A DNA stretch of 64,000 bases from NCBI GenBank assembly GCA_013239625.1, contig MU053487.1, forward strand, positions 2,377,058-2,441,057, given 5' to 3'. The notes under the pieces were generated by a model, which searched no databases, had not been told where the DNA came from, and saw only the letters and a list, made by a program, of their open reading frames with translations. Below, in pieces: positions 54,924-64,000 of this stretch. A program made the translations under genes and the position numbers. Position 1 is the stretch's first letter. Each line of letters begins with the position of its first letter. This DNA is from Lama guanicoe (Eukaryota).

Positions 54924-57900
54924 CTAGAAAAGAACAGAGATAAAAATCAGGAAAGATGCTTAGCATTTTGATTTTTTAGGGGAAAAAAAGAAGCGACCTC
55001 ATCTGAGTTCTCCAAGTTCAATTAATATTTGGAACCTAAAAGTAAACATACTAAAACTGAAATAAAAGTTGGGACACATAAGACAAAATGTTAAGAACTT
55101 TAATTCTTATCTAAGGAAGACATGGAGTAAGCACGATGTCCTTATGAAAAAACTTAGAACTTTTCATAGATATTCTTTTCATGGTATTTGAAACACATTA
55201 AAGAAAACTGTATACAAGCTTAAGTTTCAGCACTGTAAATGTTAATTTAAAAAGACTTGTACACATCAAAAGGAAAACTCTGATAAAACCAAAAGCCAAA
55301 AAATTTTATTATCTAAACATTATTAGGACACAGGACACATAGATAAGACTAGCACACTTAGCCAAAAGAATTCAGATTGGACTAGAACATATTAAACATA
55401 TCGTCAAAAAAATTTTCCCACAGCATTAAGGATTCAGTTGTTTGGTTTTCGGTTTTGCTTTTTAAGTAATATATGCACCCATAGCAAAAAGGAAAACAAA
55501 AAACAAAAAACAGCACAAAGGGGTATGCAAAGTCAGCCTCTCTCCCTACTATACCATACCCTGACCTCCAATTCTCCCTCCAAGAATTCTTTAAAAAAAC
55601 TCTAACAGGAGTGTCCCAAATACATTCTGTATCTTCTTTTTCCCCTTACCAAGCTATAGAGATTAGAGAAAGTACTTTATTTTTCTTTGTGGCATTTATC
55701 ATTCCCTGACCCCAAGATATTAATCTATTTACTGTATGATCTCTCTCTTTAATGTAAGCTCTATGTCTGTATGCTCTTTTCTGTATACCACCAAGAATAG
55801 CACCGGGCATACAGAAGGACTCAAAACGTGCTGGATGAATGAATAAGTGAATTATAGCCCAACTGTACTATAGACTCGCCTCATTTATTTTAAATAGCTG
55901 CATAGTATCCTATTACCTGAACATACCATAATTGAGCTATCTTATCTTCTACTGATAGGCCTTACAGTTGTTTTAGCTGTTGTTTCAAGAAGGGAAGTAC
56001 CCTTAAGGTCTAATCTAAGACCCTGACCTTATAGCTGAGGAAAGAGAAATTCAGAGGTGAAAGAACTTGCTGAGGATGAAGAATTACTAAATGTCAAGAG
56101 CTGGATCCAGATCTCAGTTTGGTGAATTTTTCACATCATTTCCCTGTATATACTATCCTAATTACCACTGGAGGGGAAAAGGTCACAGAGAAATTTAACT
56201 TAATGGCAATATACTCAGACTCCAACTCCTAGACCAACCCTCCCAGCCCAGTCTACAGAAGAGATTTGAAAACCTTTCTCAGTTAATTATTAAAACACAG
56301 AACATCATTAATTCTGGCTCACTTCAGATCTCTTCACTCTAACTTCCTCATACTTGAAAAGTTTTTTTTTTTAATCACCCACATTTAACATGCTCATTTT
56401 CTCTCTCGGTAAACATCTTTTATTATAAGTACTAAATTAGAATATAAGTGTTATCTCAGACTTTCAATTCTTTTTGCTACTTATTATTGCAATACTCTTA
56501 AAAAGGAATTGATTTTAGTTCATTCTGATTTTTTTTAAACCACATATGAAATGTTTTAAAACAAACAGGCAATGACAATAGTTCTTAATATGGGCAATTA
56601 TTGCCATAAAAAGGAATTATCTTCCTTACATCTGTCCTAGTAAAGTATATTGCCTAGTATTGACTATTTTATTCCCAGAGTGAAAGAAATATTATATCTA
56701 AATAAATTGCCTTGTTTTCCTCAGAGTATCTTCCAATTCTCTTCTACTAATGAGTTAAAGAGAAAAACAAGCAGAACATTCAGAAACATTCCTCCAGGTC
56801 CATTTGAAATTCTGTCTCTTATCCCCCTCTCACACGAATGACCCCCAAACCCACCCATTTTTTAACAGACAGGCACCTTGGAACAATCTTACGTTTCAGA
56901 GGTTGCATCACTGACCTAGTCCGCCGCAATGTTGTCTCTACTGCTTTCACTATCTTCTAACAGATCCCAACTGCCGCAACCCAAGCTGATCATGTGCCAA
57001 ACTTCAGGGATTGTGGAGGCAGCAAAAATGCTGCAAGGACTTGGCCAGAGACTCCTCAGTTCCCACTTCTCAGCTCATGCCGTTATGTGCAGTCTTTCAT
57101 TTAGACAAAAAGCTAGTTGAAACCTGGTCTTCTAAAAGCCCCAGGAGGTCTACATAGCTACACAGAAGTGACAAGCTAATATTCAAAATGATGACTCAAA
57201 GAGTCCACCAGATCCTGAAAAGGATTTTAAGTGGAATAAAATATAATCATGTTTAATATACTGAGGCATAAAAGAGGGAAATGTTGGTAAAAGGGGATAA
57301 ACTTCCAGCTATCAGATCAATGGTCAAGGATCTAATACAAAACATGGTGACTACAGCTGTTTTTAAAAAATTGTTGGGAATGAATAACATGGAAAGAAAT
57401 GAATATGCACTAATACGAAAAGTCAGAAAACAAAAGCTGCATGTGCTATGTAGTCACAATTCTGTAAAATAAGCAAATTAAACTGAGATAGGAAAAACAC
57501 TGTCATCAAATTGCTAAGAAAAAAAGGTGGCTCAACACAATAGTAAACTAAATTATAAAACAACACTAGCAACAACAAAACAGAAACAAGGCTTTTTTTT
57601 TTTTTCTGAGTATAGCCCTCAGGACTGGCTCATGAATATTGACCCTAACCTACTATACTCATAAAACTTTCAAGTAAGTATTATGCCATTACATTCTTAA
57701 ATAATTAAATAGATAATTTTCCAATCAAGAAAAGGGTTTCCTTGATAGCTGGGATCTGAAAATTAGTTAACAGGCTCATAATATTTCATACTCGTACTAA
57801 ATGTGCAAAGAAGAGTACATGATGGCAAACTTTATTGCTGCTTTAAGAATTTCAAATTTCAGTGATAAATGCCTTTGCCTTATTTATGTCTGGGACATCT

Positions 57901-57941
57901 GAAAATGCTACACTCTTGACATTATATTGTTTCTCTTTAAA

Positions 57942-58060
57942 AGGGTATATATAGCTCGATGATAGAGTGCATGCCTAGCATGCATGAAGTCTTGGGTTCA
58001 ATTCCTAGTACCTCCACTGAATGAATGAATGAACTTAATAACTGCTCCCCTCCAAAAAAA
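57942..58060 (+). mobile_element. tRNA-derived SINE (vic-1-like), more diverged
   Basis: TATAGCTCGATGATAGAGTGCATGCCTAGCATGCATGAAGTCTTGGGTTCAATTCCTAGTACCTCC. Confidence 0.8.
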
Positions 58061-60896
58061 CCAAGACAAGGTAGAATATTTATCTTGTCAAATCTCTGAA
58101 ACTGTTTCTTCTTAAAAGAAAGATATTTCTTATTCTCTGATTTAAAGGCTCTTTGACCTTAGTTTCAGCATATGGCTACTTAGTCTGACAGATCATCTTA
58201 CCTGACTAAAATGGCACGATACAAACTGAATCTTTTTGCTTGGAAATGGAGCATTTTAGTTTGTGAATACATTTTAATACCATCATTTCAAAGAGTTGTT
58301 TAGAAATAAAGACTTGCATTTTGTTCCAAATTATATGTTTTCTTCAAAGGATATTGGAGATTTGATATAACTGAGCCATGCGTATCTGATGTGTAGCCAC
58401 TTACAGCACATGGCATTTTGTCAACCGTATCATCTATCTTATATGATGTGTGATCAGAAGATGAAAGTATTATATTAAGGCAGTTGAATAAACTTTATTT
58501 TAAAGGTACAAAATTATAATCTAATGAAATATTTACAACATAGTTTGTTCAATATAGTCACTGGTTTCTAATCCTTTGTTAACTTCTAATTTATATGTAT
58601 ACACTGATTTGATAATGCTATTCAAAAATTCTGTTTGGGGGGAAAAAAAAACTAGAAAACAGAATATCTCATTCCCCCACCACAGAAGGGAAGGGAAGAA
58701 CTACTTTCAATAATCTCCTAAAGCAAAACTGGCCGAGGTGTCCATTCAGAAACGGTCCAGTTAGTAACAACCAGTAAAACAGAAGTTATTAGCACCTTTA
58801 CATCCTTTTCCTTTACTCTAGCCTGACCTATGGAACAGAAAGGAAAACAACGCAGAAGAAAAGACAAGAGGCTAGACCAACCACACGGTATTCAGAGACT
58901 TGCCAAATCAGGGCCTGGCATTTTTTCAGCACCTTCTAGCTCAGAGGTTATAATCTAGCAGACTGTATATTTGTATTTAACCCACAATGGGGAAGCCAGA
59001 AAGTACCTTTTAAAATTTTGAATTCATTGTCAGTATTTTTAAATCAGGATATTTCACATAAAAATGCAGACTTTCAGTTTATCTTTTTAAAAAGTGTGTG
59101 TAGGGGGAAAGAGACCTTACCAACACCAGGTCCACTTTTCATTTGTCTACAGTGAGTTGAATTACAGTATACCCTTTAAAAGAAATAATATTAGAGAAAA
59201 TTTTTTGCTCTAGAGAGGCGACTGGCATGTTATTTTAGGCTTTGCCAAGAGGCAAAATTAAGAATATTACATAGGTACTTAGATAACCATCTAAAAATGT
59301 AAAAACCATTGGCTTATAGGCTATAAAATATCAGGGGGCTGGCCAGATTTGCCAACCATTGCTCTAGACAAACAACCTTTTGCTTATGTTGTAAGGTATA
59401 CAGCATGATTTGACATATATATATGTATATCAAGTGCTTACATACATATATGATCAAATCATTACATTATATACCTTAAATAGGTAGGACTGTTATTTTA
59501 AAATATGTAGATAAGTCAAAATAACTATTTGGGTAAAGAGTTTTATCTAATTAGTAGAGGCAGGGGAAGACTTTTTAAAAACTGTCAACTGTTTCACTTC
59601 TGTGCAGTTACTAAAATAGTCAAGAAATAAATGTAAGGAGGACATACTCAGCAATTCAGACATCATATTAGAGGCTAAGAGAATTCAAAGGTTTTAAGAG
59701 AAAAGGTATACACAATAAATTAAACTGTTTATATCTATTAAAAAAAACAGGCTACTAAGCAAATTAATAAAATGGGCAATATTTCAGGGGAAGGACTTGG
59801 GAGCCAGTCTTCTAACTTCATATGCAGATTCTTTGATCTGACCCAACCAACACAAGATGTCAGCCAGCTTTGAGAGAGAGCAATCTGGAACACTTAAGAA
59901 CCATGCTTAAAATCATTTTCTAGGATTAAAGTCATTCAGAAACAGTTATTTAAATACAATCAGTGATGTGTTAAATATTAATAATTTTTTCTTCATTAAA
60001 AAACTTTCTAACTTTTTTGTTAAGAAACACTGCCTCATCTGCTTCAAAGTGCTTGATAATCAGGACAGAGTTGGTCCAAGGGCAAACCACCACCAATGCC
60101 AGCAGCAAGGAGAAGGTGTCAGACAGAAAGCCAAGCTGTTAGATACACAAGGCAGGTAAATACCTGCTGGTTTGAGTTCCTTCATTAAGGTAAATGCCTC
60201 AAGGCATTACTACTGGACAAACTTTCCTAAATTCAGTTCCCACTGAAAGTGAAAGCAATGGCTAGGCATGCCTTCAAAACAACGCAATAATCCAAAAGTT
60301 CAAAGTCTATTCAGATTCTTCCCAGTTACTATAAATTAGCACCACTTTACTAAGTAGTGGATTTTATTGTTCAATGTTCAAAATTTACCTATAAGTTTAT
60401 AGATTCACTAAAAACAGGGGGGAGGATTTTAAGACTGATGAGGAATATCTAAATAGGGGCTAGGTATCAGATGGTTTTAAGGAATTATTTTTTATTCAAT
60501 TAGGTAAGATAATAGTATAGTAAATATGAAAAAATTCTCAATTAGAGATGAAAACTGAACTATTTATTGGGAAATGATGTGATGAATGGGATTTGCTTTA
60601 AAACAATTCAGGAAAAAAGGAGGGAAAAAGGGAGAAATAGATGAAACAAAATTGGCAAAATATTGATAACTGTTGAAGTTGCTGATGGGTTCTATGGGGG
60701 AAATTTTCCACAGAAGAAAGTTTTTTAAAAAATCAGAACTTATCAATATGTATATTTAAAAAAAACTGTTATTTTATGCTAGTGTGTTCAAATAAATATT
60801 TCCTGGGCACTAAACTGAGTTCCTAATTTTAAAATAGCTACTGTGTTAGCTGTTAGTCACAAGCCTGAGACATGAGTCCCCATGCGATGCACTCAC

Positions 60897-60986
60897 GCTG
60901 GTCAAATCTGGGATGCTGACGTCATCCACATCGGAAACGACACTCCCCCTACGATTGGAGCGACTAAAATAATCAGCGGCAGAAAC
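60897..60986 (-). CDS. LRRFIP2: LRRFIP2 exon, 90 nt (probable cassette)
   Basis: ccgaaag|GTTTCTGCC...ACCAGC|gtgagt; VSAADYFSRSNRRGSVVSDVDDVSIPDLTS. Confidence 0.92.
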
Positions 60987-61519
60987 CTTTCGGTCAGAAA
61001 AAAATGAGATGCTTTAACAGTTAAGAAAAGAGAGAAATAAAAGATAAGAACATTGGCATATGGAGGGGGGGATTTGGAGGGAGCGGTTTGTGATGAAGTA
61101 CCATGTAACAAAACAAGGAAACTGCTGCGATTTATCTTCTCAAGAAAGTAAAAAAGAAATGTAAAGGGGTTCCTAAATGAAATCGCAGCTCCCTGAAATA
61201 TTCTCATCATCTGTCTTAACTAGAGTTCTGCGCTACAGAGGTCCTCTACTGCCCGAGGACTGGCATCGCCCTCATCACGAGGGGCTCTAGGACAGCATTT
61301 ACCTAAGGCCTCTACTACGTTTCACAACTTTATAACGCATTATAGCCATCAATAGGTTAAGCACATATATCCTGAATGCAGAACTATCTGCATAGTATTT
61401 ACTGCACTTTTTACCCAATTTACCCAGTTCTCTCTTTTTCATATTCCTCAAGATCAGGAATTGCAGAACAAAATAACGAAAGAACTACACTGGTCTCTTT
61501 CTGGTTCCCCAGACACACC

Positions 61520-61890
61520 TCGCCTCTTCCCGCCTTAGACTCGGGCACTGACCTCAGAAGCTCTTCTCCCAGCTCTTCAAGTGTAAGTTCAAAGGTCACC
61601 TCGCTTGGAGAAGCCTCCTCTGATCACCCCACGCAAAGGGACACACCAGACACACGCCACTCAGTGTCCTCTATCATATCACCTGCTTGTCCTCTTCTTT
61701 CTCTTTTCCTTTCCTGGGTTCTTTCTTTTTGTCCCTTTCTTTACCAGTTTATTTTCTATTTCCTTCACAAGGATATAAGCCCCATGAAGTCCGACATCTG
61801 GTCTGTGTGGCTTACCACATTATTCCCAGCACTAAATATAGAATAGGTACTCCCTCCATAAACATTTGTTGAATTAATAAATAATGAATT
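61520..61890 (+). mobile_element. L2 3' end relic
   Basis: ggtcacctcgcttggagaagcctcctctgatcacc...ataaacatttgttgaattaataaat. Confidence 0.6.
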
Positions 61891-63214
61891 TTTAAAAATC
61901 TCATTCATCAGCTATTCCTTACCTCAACTCTAACTACCTTGCTCAAAAACTCTTCCCTTCCAGAAAGGAGTCTGGAAGCCCATTCACAGAGATGTCTTCT
62001 TTAGGGCTTAGAAATTAGAATTATGCTAAAAGCTGATATGATCAAGTAATGGTATGTTTGTTCACAGTAACAGTAATACAACTTTGATTTACATCTATCT
62101 AATAATATATGGGTACCCACTGTCAGAATTTTAATAGTTATTTAATCCATATATTAAGCTTACCCACAAAGACAGTCATTACATCCTTGTTGTACAAATA
62201 AAGAAATCGTTATTAACACAACTAAGAGGTTGTAGAAATGGTTCACATCCCAGGCATCATTATTTCAGAGCCCCTGCCCTTTTCACTCCATCACTTTCCG
62301 AGGAGCGCTCAGGTGTCATGGACTTCTCTTCTCCTCAGCTGTAAGTATGAGCACCAACTGGCTTGCCATATGTGGCTGGACCACAACTGTCTTAATTAGA
62401 TCACTGAATTTCTGGCAATGAAGCTCGCCAACTCTTGGTGCTCCTCTTCATGAAAACTTTGGGTTTACAATCTTTCATAAAAAATGGCTTGTACTAAATG
62501 ACTTTCTATTTTTGTTAAAGGAATTATAACCTCTTATTTTTAGGGCTTTTTTTTCTCACTCTAAGCTGACATATCATCCTCACCAATGTAATTTTTTAAT
62601 CAGTTTTGAAGTATAGCAAAAAAGTCATCAGCTCTCTATGAAATTTCTTGCTTCATCAAAAGAATAACCTGAAATCATATAATCTGTATTCTAACATAGG
62701 TATTTATTACCTCTACAATCGAATTCTAATGAGAAAATTTTAAATTGTGCCATCAGCAACTCTTAAAAAATTCACAGGCCTTAAAAGATGTATAAAATGG
62801 TTAAATTTAAATACACAGTGAGGAAAACAACTAATAAATGGCAGCATTATTTGTAATCCATAGTAATGAGTTTTAAACAATGTGGAAACATTAATTTTGC
62901 TTGAGAAAAAAATTTTTGGTGAATTGTGCACACACATGCACATGCATAAAACAGCAACAAAGAATAAAAAGTGAAAATCTTAAGTACACAACAACTAGCA
63001 TATAAGACGTGTTACCAGGAAAGCTTACATAGCCCATGGAGAATATACATTCTCGGGAATACATTTCTGAAGGCAAATTATTCATATAAACTAAATTTGA
63101 AGATAATACACATTTTGTCAAGTGCAAATTCCATTTTCCAACCAACTTCATGTGATCACACAGCGCTGCAGTTCTACAACTTATCGTACGTGTTTGCATG
63201 CAAACCACGCTCAC

Positions 63215-63283
63215 CACACTCTCCCTTCGCCCACGACTGGCTCGACCAGAAGACGCAACGCTTGCAGTGTCATCGTCGATAAA
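63215..63283 (-). CDS. LRRFIP2: LRRFIP2 exon, 69 nt (probable cassette; gene continues beyond the window)
   Basis: ctatag|TTTATCGAC...AGTGTG|gtgagc; FIDDDTASVASSGRASRGRRESV. Confidence 0.92.
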
Positions 63284-64000
63284 CTATAGATAGTAAAAGC
63301 AGATAATGAAAAGGATGCAATTTCACTACAGGTCTTGCCTGACTGTGAGCACACTAAGTAAGGCTTTGGGAAGCACACAAATACTCTCTATGAGCATGAA
63401 AATCGGCACCATCTGTTATGCACCATTTAACCAAAAAGCTGTTTCAAGCCGTAATGAATGAATAAAAATAAAAATACATTTTCAAAAAGTACAAAGAATA
63501 AAACAGTAATTTATCTTTTACTTAAGTTAAATTAAAGGAAAAAGAGGGGGGAGCACAAGTATACTAGCTAAACCAGTGAGGGACTTTATGCTTTTTAAAA
63601 ACCTCTAGGCCCTCTGGGATCCTATCAAGGGTCAATAAATGCATTTAATGTTTTAGTTTGGGAGAGAAAATAAAAGAATCTTCCTAAGTGAAATAATGTA
63701 AGTCAAAGACAGAATTTCCTACCAGCAAGGACACTGAAACGATGATTCATATTTTCCTTTCTTTATTCCTATGTAACAGGTGGAGACATTTCTAACAACA
63801 CCCTACAGTGTTCCTCCTGTTTCACCAGCAGTGGAAGACTCATTTTCAGTATGTGTAGGTTACCTCCATTCTGACATCACTAAGAAACCATTCTGGCATC
63901 ACAAGGACAAGATTCTATACTTGATTGAAAATATTACTATAATTTTGTTTGCAAGGGACCATCACAGTTGGGACATTAAAAATGCCAAGTGGAATTTTAT

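Noticed and set aside
60897..60963. Shorter 67-nt version of the LRRFIP2 exon using the internal TTTTAG acceptor
   Set aside because: It would be out of phase with the 69-nt exon. The 90-nt form restores VSAADYFS and keeps the frame.

Overview
This is eukaryotic (mammalian) genomic DNA, most likely from a camelid, judged from three copies of a tRNA-derived SINE resembling the camelid vic-1 family. It holds the convergent 3' ends of two genes. On the + strand is the mismatch-repair gene MLH1: part of intron 13 and exons 14-19 (109/64/165/93/114/168 nt, ending ...KVFERC*). On the - strand is LRRFIP2: its last 15 coding exons, 483 aa from FIDDDTAS to ...ALLAQQ*. All splice junctions are GT-AG and the frames join without interruption. 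The rest is intron, rich in L1, L2, MIR, MLT1 and DNA-transposon relics. I found no prokaryotic-type system, no CRISPR array and no novel protein-coding gene. The most notable oddities are: (1) the MLH1 exon 16 donor has A at -1, the base I recall as human pathogenic c.1896G>A, with an apparent +6T compensation; (2) a recent tandem duplication copies the donor of the LRRFIP2 penultimate exon; (3) an orphan CpG island with NRF1/Sp1 motifs lies in MLH1 intron 13; (4) an L1 has its extreme 5' end fused directly to the RT domain. Repeat family names and human comparisons come from memory, and repeat boundaries are approximate.
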